Source of the DNA: Macrostomum lignano
Taxonomy: Eukaryota
Length of the DNA stretch: 64,000 nt
Reading direction: 5' to 3'
NCBI GenBank assembly: GCA_002269645.1
Contig: NIVC01001427.1
Location: 62,001-126,000 of the forward strand
Below, one piece after another: positions 26,065 through 37,592 of this stretch. The translations under genes and the position numbers were made by a program. Below the pieces are notes generated by a model. That model did not search any database, had not been told where the DNA came from, and saw nothing but the letters and a program-made list of their open reading frames with translations. Position 1 is the stretch's first letter. Every line of letters begins with the position of its first letter.

Positions 26065-28918
26065 TCATGCTGTCCTTCGCTTTTGAATTTCATCATCGTG
26101 AAAGTACATCTGCTTCGCTAGACTTCCTCTGGTCTCGATAGTTTGGTACATTTTGGTGCCGTCCGGCTTCTCAACTATTGGTGTGTCCGCCATGTGCGCC
26201 GCGAGCTTGTCGACGATCTCCTTCAGATGGAGTCTCCTTCTGTAGTCGGATATGAACCTGCACAAGTTTTCGATGAAAACTGTTCCTCTCTGGTGCCTGA
26301 ATGAGGCATCGCCTTGAGAGGTGGAGTACACCTCCAGCAGGTCGGAGAGGTCTCTCTGATTGGTTTGTCTCGCTCCTCTAGGAGGAGTCTTAATTGCTTG
26401 GGCTCTGAGATCCTTCTGCAGACATCGGCAAGCCTGGATGAAGAAGACCTTCGGTTTTCCACGGAGGGAGGGGCAGCTTGTGATCGGATCGATGAGATTT
26501 TCTACACTGATGAGCTTCTTACCGGCACTTTCAGTTGCCGGGTTCGTGGGATTTCTGCCTGAAATGTAGGTTCTCCGTGTATCCATGTCGCTGCGGCCGT
26601 GAGCCGACACAATGCAAATAAAGGACGCTTTGGAGCTGTGGTCCTCTTTCCCTACGTCCTGCATTGCACTCCGAAGTTCTTTGGCTGTAGGATTCGAAAT
26701 AAGACGGAACTTGTATCTTAAATTGGTCTGAAAAAGATTCAGTAGCCGATTTTGGTCGTACTCAATGGCCACCCTGTGAGCTTCATCGGACCAGATGGAG
26801 ATGAAAACGACGATGCCGCGATAGCTGGCTCCAGTGATCATGGCAGGGTATCGCCACGTGCGCATCCTGTTAAATTACAGTGTATGTTGATTGACGCTTG
26901 TCAATATCGTTTTACGAGTACGCTTTAGAATTAACACAGAGATGACCGGTACCAGCTCGTATAGGGAGTATAAGGCTAGGACTAAATATATTGATCCATA
27001 GACAGTCTTAAATCTACCAAGAATAAGTGAATGGGTGCTTACAACTTTTTAATGAAATCGACCACAAGATGATGTCCATTCTCCTCTGCGAGGTCGATTG
27101 CTCTCTGATTGAAGCGATTTTTGTGGTTGAAATTGGCTCCCGCTTTTGCTAGCAGTTGAACCATGTCCAGGTGGCCCTTTTCGGCTGCCAAAGTGAACGC
27201 AGTGTTTCCATTGGCGTCCGTGTCCTCAAGATAGTTTGGTTCATCAGCCTCGCAGTAGAATAGAAAAACCCTTAAAGCCTCCTTTTGATCAAGCTCGACA
27301 GCAAGGTGCAGAGGTGTTTTACCATCACTATTTTTGCACCCTAGACAGGCATCACCGCGTTCCTCCAGCAACAACTGAAGAAATTGGGCGTTTTGAAAGT
27401 GAACGGCCAAATGTGCCGCCGAATTTCCAGAGTTGCATTCCAGGAAAACATTTGATCGGTGTTTGAGCAAGTGCGTCACTATTTGTTTACGGCAGCGCCG
27501 TCGGATGGAACAAAGCATGAGAGGCGTGTGACCGTTCTCATCCTCCATGCAGTTTGGATCGGCCCCACATTGGAGAAGCTTCAAGACTGAATCCTGGCTG
27601 TTCGCCTCGACTGCGTGATGCAAGGCCGTCATTCCGTTCGTGTCGCGCAGGTCCACGTGAGCACGCGCATCAAAAAGATCCTGAATCATGCGAACGCGGT
27701 TGAACCTGGCTGCAGTCATGAGCAGACTGCACTGCTGCTCGTCACCGAATGAATCCACGTTGTAAACCGTGCCTAGCAACTTTTTGAATTGATCTCGACA
27801 ATTATTTTGAATAAGTTTGTACAAATTGCCTAATAGAGATGGATCTGAAATTGAGGGTTTATCTTCTGTTATACTGTTGCAATTCAGTCAGCACTATATC
27901 TGTACTAGAAAAATTTGAAGGTGTTCTTTTCCATTGCATATTTAATACTCACCGCTTCTTAAGTCGGTGAGCTGCCGAACAATTTGCGATTGAGACCTAA
28001 AACAATAATTTTCTGTAGGTCAGTAAATACGGTACATAAGAGAATAAAAAAGTTGGTTTGCTAGCCACCGTCTCACCGTTTATCTTTGTAGAGCTTCTCG
28101 AGATATCGGACAATGTCCTGCCTCCCTCGCAGTCGGGCAATGTCGAGCGCTGTCATTCCTGCCCGATTTCGGTGCTCAATGTCCGCATTGGCTTCTTTCA
28201 GGAGTTTCAAATGCCGCACGCCACCACACCTCCCCGCCATTGTGAATGCGGTCTCTCCGTCGGTGCTGACTTTGTCTATACCTTCTTTCATTCTCTCGAG
28301 CAGAAGTTCAGTGATGATGATAGATTTAAGCTTCGAAGCTAAAATCAGTGGCGTGCTGCCATTTTCATCACAAACCGTCAGTTTGCACTTGTCGCTCTCG
28401 ATGATCATTTTTGCTATCTCGACAGCATTGTTCTCGATGGCAATGTGCAATGCGGTTCTTCTGTTCTTGTCGCGCTTTCCTAAGTCAATGTCCGCATTAA
28501 TAAGCCATCTGGCCAATACGATATCTTTAGCTCTATCCTCACTCCTATTGTCGCAGCAGTACATAAGAGCATTGAACTCTTGGTTTTTATCCTGGACAGA
28601 AATATTCACGTCAAACTGCTCCCTTTCATCGACTAAGATTTTCGCGGCTTTCAGCTTACCAAACGAAGCTGCAAGGATCAGCGGAGTGCAGCCCCCTCCT
28701 CCTCTCTGACTGTTTGGGTCAGCTTTCTTCTGCAGGAGAAAGCGAACAACCTCTGGATTATCGCTCATCACAGCGAGGCCAAGCAGAGTCATCTCTGTTA
28801 TTTTGTCGAAAAAGTTTGCTCCACGTATTCCGTGGGTGCGAATATACTTTTTCAGCTCTTGCAGGTCTCCATCATAGGCAGCCTTCGACTGCCGCGGCAA
28901 CTTGTCCAATTGGGACAT
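26065..28918 (-). CDS. Ankyrin-repeat + caspase (peptidase C14) fusion protein 1, 4 exons, 829 aa
   Basis: Exons 28918-28077, 27996-27953, 27844-27043, 26866-26065 join with GT-AG sites and matching phases (2, 1, 2): 2490 nt. Two blocks of roughly 7 ankyrin repeats (TPLILAA, TALHIA, TAFTMAG; TALHHAV, TPLHLAV, TAFTLAA). Caspase domain with SAHG, KPKVFFIQACRC and SFRHQRGTVFI. Confidence 0.9.
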
Positions 28919-30199
28919 AGCCCGAAATGTCCTTCAGTGAACAGCAACGACGTCCTTCGAATCGGAGCATTAGGCTCCTACAGTTATATGCGCTCTTGTA
29001 GACAATAAGATTTGTAATGAGTGCATTTATATAGCCACTTTACAAATTGGAGCTAGACACTGAGATGAGTGGTAATTGTAGTATGTAAATCCAAGACCCC
29101 TTGAACAATAGCGCTGTGCCAGCCGTTAAACCCTCGAGCAAGTGTCTGTCCCGCTATGTTGGCTAGTCTATTATTGTGAGTCAGCCGATGCTCAGCACTT
29201 TTTGCAAAAGTGCCGTTTTTGCATCTCTCTTCATGTCTGTTCATAAAAGTGTAACTATTTTGGAATATTACGCTGCAGTGACGCAAAGTTTCTTGTTTCA
29301 ATCCAATTCTGTGCCAGTGAGTCACTGCCTAATTGCTAATTTTAAATTCATTTAACCGTCCTTTTAAAACTGCAAGTGACATTTGATATGTCATCCATTT
29401 AACAATCGTGAGATTGAATAAGGCTTCTCCTATGAGGAATACTCAATTTGACTATTCTATAACGTAACTCGATGTTTTTCTGCTATGGTTTGAGAAAAAT
29501 ATGAGTTTCAAAATGTATGAAAGCATTGTAACTTTAACTCGATAGGTCTCGGCTTGAGTGATTTCAAACTGCTGTTGGCTGAATTTCAAAAAGCTATTTT
29601 GGTGCATCTTATGCTAGCCCCGCATCTCCCTAACTCACTCATGCTGTCATGCAGCACAGAAGTTAAGCAGTGTCATTAAAAATTCATTAGCGTGTGAAGG
29701 AAGGGGGGCGCGATGTATCCCGAGATACTTTTGCCATCTTATAAAATGGGTAAGTGAATGGACAGCAGCCCTCTTTCGCCCTTTGTAGGACTCTGCTCGG
29801 ACTCAACCGCAGCGGCATCGGGGCGGTATCCACGGCTCTCTCGGATCAAGGGTGCCCCGCTAGGAAGCTGCCAGAAGTTAGCGGAATGGGCGGCGACGAC
29901 TCCCCGCTCCCAGCCCCATGCAGCCAGGTCAAGTAAGTCAATAAGAGTGCGAAACACCTTTTTATAGAATTTTTATAGAATAAACAGTAAATAGTTAAAC
30001 AAAGCTTGCAAATTCCAGATTAAAATAATGTATTTAAAAAATTCGCTTCACATTGGTTAAAAGACATAGCAAGTACGAGCGTATGTAGAGTATTTCATCT
30101 CCTTTAAAAATCTATAAACATTGTTAACATGCTACTTGTACAGTAGTATAGCAAAGGCACGTACAAAAATAAGTATTGAACCATGGCTACATTTGAATC

Positions 30200-31040
30200 A
30201 ACCAATAGAAAGAGAGAAGAAATCTCGAGCATGCTAATTTTAGAAATCACCCAATCACGTGCGACCAACAACTGTCAATTCAAACCCCACCTTCAAGTCA
30301 TCATTTGGTTTGCACTCGGGTTGCACCCGGATGAACCAATCAAAGTCTACCAGCTACGGTAACCAATCATGCGCTTTTACAGTAGACTAGTTGCGCAACT
30401 TTCTACCCTGTCATGGTTGACAGCCACCGAATCGTGACCCTTTGACATTTGCGAAGACAGTGATGTACGACCTCGAGAGAGGTCCGAACGCCTATAAATA
30501 CAAGTGGTCCGGAGCGGACCCGGAGCCAACAATTCCTCCGGAAGGAGAAGAGCTCCGAAGAGGAAGCCACAGTCGGACTTCCTGGACCAAGACTCGGTCG
30601 ATTGTTGCGGTAAGCCTTCCTGTTGCGCCCGTTACTGTTAGAGACGTCTCGCTCAAGTCTAGTGTGACTTGAGTTTAGTTGAGTCTGTTGAGACTCTTGA
30701 GTCTGTTTAGACTCCACTGGTTGCAGTCTCCAGAAGGACTGCCCCTGATAGATCTTAGAAGCATAGCAGTGGTTTCCGGAGCTATTCCTAGAGTGCATAG
30801 AGGCACTGCTAGAAGAAGGAGGCTTAATTAAGACCGCAGTTTGGCACAGGGTACCCATTGTTAATTGGAAGCTTCCCATTGGTCTACACGACAGATACCG
30901 GCCGGCGAGAAATAACGGAAGAGGACTTACCTGACCAGGCTCCCGGAGCGAAGCAAAGTTACTCGGCAAACTTCAAGGACCACTGTGCGACAACTATGCA
31001 AGGAAGAGATCAACTGATCAGTACCCAAGGTAATAAAAAC
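30200..31040 (+). promoter_or_regulatory. CCAAT x4 + TATA + downstream AATAAA block, LTR-like promoter between the two ankyrin-caspase genes
   Basis: CCAAT at 30202, 30251, 30336, 30363; TATAAA at 30493; AATAAA at 31032. Order fits U3-R of an LTR, but TG..CA ends and a TSD could not be fixed. Confidence 0.3.
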
Positions 31041-31659
31041 CTTCATTTGACTACTGGGTTGCCTAGCTAAAGAGCTAGAAGTGAGTGTTCCTTGATTACT
31101 AAGAAAGTCTTGGTAGTAAGGAACACATCACGTACTTCTTTATAGGATAGCTAGTATTTGGAATTTTGTATCTTTTATATTCATAGATACAAAATGTAGC
31201 CATAAACAAAATTTTAGAGGCCATTTTATTGTTTAAAATTCAAATGAAAAGAAGAATGCGTGCAAATATCCTTTTGCATTAACCGAGAGATTCTTTTTAG
31301 TCGAGCAGGTAAATATTTGAGGGCAAACGTATTGGCTTTAATAAAAATTAAATTGCTTACAAGTATCCTACTTGTAAAGATATGAAGCATAAAGCGTTCT
31401 CCAGTAAAGAGAGTTTTTCTATGCAAAAAAACCTTTACTGCAACGCTTATATATAGTGCCCGCACTTATCAAAGGGCGTTCTATAGAATGTTTCGGAATT
31501 ATAGCTAGAGCCCGTTACTTCAGCCTCCTTACCGAAACTTTTGTATTGAGTTTAAAAGTTTAACTGCTAATAATAACTCTGAAACTTGAGACTGCAAAAC
31601 AGTATGCACAGTTTCATCCAAACACATGTAAACGAAATCTGTATATTATAAATAATGAT

Positions 31660-34403
31660 TCACGGAAAGAAGAACACACGCTTTGGCAGATTACCCTTGA
31701 TTTGAACAGTTTGGTAGTTCTCGTCTTCATCGCTGAAACTGACGGACTTCTAGTTGAGGTGGTCCGCAAGTCTGTCAACAATATCTCGCAAATGCTCCGT
31801 GTCCATGTACTCCCACATATACTGGCAGAACTCCTGCAAGAAAAGCGTGCCTTTTTGGTGCCTGAAGGCCGCATCGCCGCGCGAAGTCGCATGCACTTCG
31901 AGCAAGTCAGCTGCTTGTCTCTGGTTTGGCTGCCTTGTCCTTTTAGCTGTTTTGACCGCCTTTTGCCTGAGACCGGTCTGGAAGGTTCGGCACGCCTGAT
32001 AAAAGAAAATCTTCGGTTTGCCTCTGAGAGTTCGGTTATTCGATATTGGCTCAGTGAAGTTTTCCAGACTGATGAGCTGCTTGCCGGCGCTTTCGGTTCT
32101 GGGGTTGATGGGTTCCATGCCACGCATGTAGTCCTTGTTTGTCTCTTCGTCACTGCTTCCGTGGGACGATACAAAGCACACAAATGAAGCGCTCGATGAA
32201 AAGTCTCTTTCCTGCAAATCTAGCATGAGCTCCTGCATTTTCTTGGCCGTTAGATTCGTATACGGAATAAACTTATATTTGAGTTCCGTTTGGAACCGCT
32301 CTCGAACACTGTTCTCATCGTAGCCCATTGCTAAACTGCGGTCACTATATGGGTCATTTGCAATGTAGATGCAAGTGCCCGGATGGCTGCTGCCCGGCAT
32401 CTTGAACGGGTATCGCCCAATGATTTGCAGTCTGCAGGTGTTTATAAACAAAGCGATCAAAATTATGACGTTTACGGTCTTGTGTTTATTACAAGAATGA
32501 CACAAATTAGAAACAGAACTGAGAGTGCTCACCGTTTTTTAATAAACTTGATTACATCGTCACTTTTTGATACCTTGATAGCGTCTTCACTATGCTTATT
32601 TTTGTGGCGCAAGTCGGCTCCAGCATCGGCCAGAAGCTGAACACTTCTCAGGTCTTCCATCTTAGCAGCCAATGTAAAAGCCGTGTTGCCATCCGAATCC
32701 GTCGCTTCCAGGAAATCTCGAAGCTGACTGTCTCGTTCACTCTCGGGCATTTTCGCTACATCAACATTAATTTTTTCTTAAAATCGCTTCTAGCGCCTCC
32801 TGGCACTTGAGACTCACTGCCAGCATAAGGGGAGTGAACAAGTCACTGTTTGTGTTTGAGAGGCTTTCTTTGGCATTTTGGCGTAGCAGTTGTTGCACTA
32901 AGTATTTTTTATTGGTGCGTACTGCGAGATGGATCACAGTTTCGTTAGAACGCTTGCATCGTTGAGTTAAATTGATATTGTAACGTAGAAGGGGTTTCGC
33001 TGCTTCGATGAGACGTGCTTGAACGGATTTCTTCTTGCACTCTGTCAACTCGTTCATGCACATCATCAGTGGAGTGAAGCCATCAACCGAGTCTTTAATA
33101 TTCGGATCTGCATTCAGTCTCAGTAGCTCCTCTGTGATATTGCGGCTTTCCGCTAGCACGGCGTGATGCAGCGCCGTCCGGCCGTTCTCGTCGGTTTTGT
33201 TCACATCGGCACCCTGCTTCACGAGATATTTCACGACAGCTATGAACTTGGAGTCAACGGCAGCCTTGAGAAGATCTGTCAGCAGTTTTTTTTTTAAACT
33301 TCTTTATCTCGCAGGATTCTGACAAGGTCTTGAATTTCACGAAAACCGTTCTTCCTATCACTCGTCCTTTTTATCAGATCGTGCAGCGCGCTTATAATTT
33401 CAGCGTCTGGAAATCCGGAATGGAGAAAAAATAGCTTGGGGAAGCTGGCAGAATTCGAAGAAACCCGGTTCATAAAAACATACCAGTCCGCCTGTCTCTT
33501 TCCAGTTCGATAACTGCGGCTAATTCACTTGTTGTCTCATCGGAAGGTCTGCGGTCTGTATGACTGGCAGATGCAACAGATCTGGATTGCTGACTTCTCT
33601 GGGTGCAAGGACCACTAGAAAGTACCGTTGTACGACCATTGCTTCTAGCGGTCCTTGTTTGAGTGTTCTCTTCCGACCTGCAGTTTTAAATTCATTGAGT
33701 ACATGCTTGGCTCTGATCTTTTCCGTAGTACACAATTTCAAAGTACGCATAAATACATTTGTTTCGTACCTGGCGCTCACAGACAACGATCTCAGGTACT
33801 TAGCTATCGCGCCTCTATTCAGACGTTCAGCGATAGCGAGTGCAGTCTCTCCGTTGTTATTCTTATGAGAAATGTCGGCACCAGCTTTGTATAGAAGTGT
33901 GACCTGTTCCAGCTTACCGCGAGCTGCCGCAACTGTAAATGCCGTGTCACCATCGTCGTTTCTCCAGTTAATCGATTCCCGCACATCGGGATGCAACAAT
34001 AAAGCCTTAGTCACTGTTTGAAGCCCCCCTCTACTGATGCCAGAATCAAAGGTGTATTTTTCTTATTATTCGCCGTCGTCAGGCATTTGCTGCACTCGCT
34101 GCTATCAATAAGCATGCGAATTATCTCCAGAGCACGACTTCCAATTGCAATATGCAAAGCCGTGCTACCCTCTTTGTCCTGCTTGTCAAGGTCAATGCCT
34201 TCTTTAATAAGAAGCTCAGCTGTCTGGACATTCACTGCCAAAAGAGTCTGGACAAAAGAGTTTGAGACTGCTCTGGTGAGTAGGTGCATGTCGCATTCCT
34301 TGTCACAGTACCTCGCTTTCACCTTTTTGTTTTTAATGCATCTTTCAAGCTGCTCGAGATTTCCAGAATCAACCAACTGAAAAAGAGTTGGTCGTGAGCT
34401 CAT
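31660..34403 (-). pseudogene. Ankyrin-repeat + caspase fusion gene 2, disrupted paralog
   Basis: Exons about 34403-33770, 33617-33486, 33406-32533, 32431-31660 with the same intron phases as gene 1. Frameshifts at the G run near 34025, the T/A run near 33290 and the A run near 32772. Caspase SSHG and KPKIFFYQACRT; in-frame TAG at 31750-31752 precedes the conserved tail YQTVQIKGNLPKRVFFFP. Confidence 0.85.
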
Positions 34404-36159
34404 GGCTTGTCAGTATAGCTTTATGCTTGTCGGAAATGATGTTCTGGCAACCTAGCTCATATCCAGCCCCCCCTTTTAAGTGCGCAGACAGTTCGCACAA
34501 CCGAATAAAAATTACCGTTAAATTTTCTCGCCTCTCTAATAATATAATTTTTGCATTCTTACAGATATAATTGAAGTAGTTTAGAAACAGTAGCAGCTGC
34601 AGCCGTAGTCAGATGAGTCAGACATTTATCTAAGAATAGAAGTGACTCAGAACCTTGTCTGAAGTCTGTTACGCAGCTGACTTAAAGTACAAGCGTACAT
34701 GTATGTCTCTTTTTTTGTGGGACTCTATCACGGATCAAGTAAAATCGACCAAAGGTTCTTGGAGGCACATTATTAAACTTACAAGTGTAACGCATCTTGG
34801 CTCTAGATGCACCTAAAAGCACCTGATGACAACTGGAAGACTTAGTCGTCCTAAAAACCAACGTCCTTGAGCCATTGCATTTGCGGAGCCATTCATTCTA
34901 CGAGACTTGGCAAACTCGAATTTGCACATTTGTGCAAACAGTGCTGACACCTCCTGGCATCGCGGTCAGACCACCAGTCTGCGGATGACCTCGGTTGGCT
35001 TGGACAGCCGGGCCTCGGCCGCGGCAGCCATGATCAGCACAATGGCAGGGACACACGGAGGGAAGCGCTGCAAGTTTACGCTCATATTTTTGTGTTTTGG
35101 AGCAGAAAGTGGCGGCTTTAACCTGCAGGCGGTAGAGGCAACAGTAAATATTGAGCATCTGTAGGACAATAGTCATCATGATGTACATTATCTCCGAAGT
35201 AAAGATAAATTATCCAACAAAATTCAATAACAACAACAGATTCAAGAATAGCATTTGATGACTAATCCGATAACATGTTCCACGGCAAGTTGCCTGTCCT
35301 TGCCAGCACCACATTCCCAGTGAGTCTCTAACATGATCTCCAATATGATTTTGATTTTAAACTTTAACATTAAAATTTCAAAGATGCTAATATCTCCTAC
35401 AATGAAGAGTGACGCAGTGTTGTAACTAATGTGATGCTTCTGACTTCAAATCATCACAGTTGTCTGCTTCTAGATTTATTTCCTGCACCGATGACTAACT
35501 GTAATCTGGGGTGCGCTTTTCTGATCTATGCGACAGGCTTTTCATTTTCATAACTTGAAATCACTTTAATAGCCACTGTAGCCGCTATATTAAAAAGATG
35601 ATTTGTGCCCCGACTGACCGAAACTCCCAATCGAAAGCTGAGTTAGTTCCGCTGTGTGAAGCAGGAGTGAGCAGGGTGAGCAGTGAGTCTAGATAAGCCA
35701 GCAATTTGCAAACTGATGGCCCACTTCCTACACAGTAAAATAGGAGTGCTGACGCTGGGGCAGCAAGTGCGGAAGTGTGCAGAACTGGCGGATATAAATT
35801 CACAAAATTTGAAAGGAATTGTCGCTACTGTTTGCTTATATTTTTCTCGTTGACTTTCTGCTTCATTCTACCATTGGAAACAGAAGGCGGCATGCTGAAA
35901 GCAAACTTTTACATTTTGTTACTCATTTTCACTGGATGCAACTCAGGTAGGCGTTGCATGGGAGCGCATGTTGCTCGTGTTTCCACAAACATTTTTCTGA
36001 TAGTCACGATGCCGAATTCTGGCTCGTACGACTAAGGCTAGCTCAAGAGTCAGCGAATTTGGCAGAACTGCCTCCCAGTTGGTTGTGGAACGATGTCGCC
36101 AGGTGTCCGCCAACAACCATCTTGCCATATAGTAATCACAAGGACAACTGAAGCAACAT

Positions 36160-36830
36160 ATATACAGGACGCGACACTCGCGTTTTATGTGAAAAGTTTT
36201 GAAGGCCACTTTCGCCGAAAAATACACTACGGAGAGAGGAATTTTTCATTTTTTCAGCACAAAAATTGTTCTTGGTTTTGATAGGACGCAGACACAATGT
36301 TCATCTTTTGATATGTTGTGCCTTTCTTATTGCTCTATTGATATTCATAAAGCTTTTTGTTCAGAAAATTAGGATGCTGTTAATTCTTTATTCTACGTAC
36401 ACTTCCTGTACCTATAAAATATTAAAAAGCATGGAACACCTCGAATCTTTGGTTTTATGAATTGATTTTATCATCTCTGTTACACATATTGTTACACAGT
36501 CGGCTAAGAATAACAAAATAGATTCATAAAATTAATGAGCTGAGGCTTTTAGGCACCGGACATTTACAATTGTTCGTAGAATAAAAAATTAACACAGAAT
36601 CCTAATTTTCTAAACGAAAAGCTTTATGAATATCGATAGAGCAATAAGACAGGCACAGCATATCAAAAGATGAACTTTGGTCTGCCTCCTATCAAAACTA
36701 ATAACAAATTTTTGTGCTGAACAAATGAAAACTTCCTATCTCCATAGTGTATTTTTCGGGCGAAAAGTGGCCTTCAAAACATTTCCAGAAACTTCGAATG
36801 TCGCGTCCTTCTACTTAAGACTTCTCCTTG
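36160..36830. mobile_element. Older, diverged copy of the long-TIR MITE at 39326-40023
   Basis: Shares GAAAAATACACT..GGAGA..GGAA..TTCAT..TTCAGCACAAAAATTG and the inverted arm ending GTCCTTCTACTTAAG with the 39.3 kb element; many substitutions and a damaged left end. Confidence 0.7.
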
Positions 36831-36917
36831 ACTTATCATAGTTATAAACAGTACTTATGTCTCTATGACTGCTGCAAATTGGTTCACCATAAACCCTGAA
36901 ATGGACGGTAACCTGAT

Positions 36918-37592
36918 TTGATTCTGAAGTCAAGTCTTGTTGGCCATTTTACAGACGCACACAGAATTCACCATACGCGAAAATTCTTCACCATTTTGCA
37001 ATCAATTGCAATTGATATTTCAGATTTAGCGTTGTTAGGAAACGTCAGTAACTCCAACTGGTGCACGGACGTGATGAACCCCACGATGGACTATCTGCTC
37101 GGCAGCAGCTTCCTTCGGTCTGCTATCAGGAACGAGTCGATTGCCACGGATACGTTCAGCGCCATGGGCATTACAATTTCCAATATGCAGCTCAGTGGCG
37201 TTGAGAGGCTGGAGCGGTACGGGAATCTCTACACCATCGTGCGTTCCGGGCAGTTCCTGATTGTGCAAGGCGCCATCCGCGCTGTCGAAGTGTCCACCAG
37301 CTTCATGGCCAAGTTCTCCTTCTTCAGTCCAGACGCAATCCAGTTGGTGACGCGAGGCGCCGTCATTCAATTCGGCTTGCAGGTCCGACTTCAGACTGGT
37401 GAGAGAGCGGCGCTGATGTCGCTTGAAGTGACTGACCTGGGCCGCGTTGAGGTCGCCGGCTCGGGCCGGCTGAGCTCGATAATCCGCAAGGCGACGGGGA
37501 ATTCGCTGACGCGTAGCCGCATTTCCAAGGCGATCGGCAGTGTGCTGAGGCTCACGATCACTGAGAAGCTTCAGCAGAATCCGCTGCTGTGA
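36918..37592 (+). CDS. Der p 7 / group-7-allergen-like (TULIP superfamily) putative lipid-binding protein; 5' end uncertain
   Basis: GC3-rich open frame from about 37025; pattern MDYLL..LSGVERLERYGNL..LMSLEVTDLGRVEVAGSG..RISKAIGSVLRLTITEKL fits the recalled Grp7 allergen pattern (LxGLSxIxRxGD). Family call is by eye. Confidence 0.5.
   Translation: MILKSSLVGHFTDAHRIHHTRKFFTILQSIAIDISDLALLGNVSNSNWCTDVMNPTMDYLLGSSFLRSAIRNESIATDTFSAMGITISNMQLSGVERLERYGNLYTIVRSGQFLIVQGAIRAVEVSTSFMAKFSFFSPDAIQLVTRGAVIQFGLQVRLQTGERAALMSLEVTDLGRVEVAGSGRLSSIIRKATGNSLTRSRISKAIGSVLRLTITEKLQQNPLL

Noticed and set aside
28113-28709. 198-aa plus-strand ORF and other antisense ORFs over real exons
   Set aside because: Shadows of GC3-rich coding sequence on the opposite strand.
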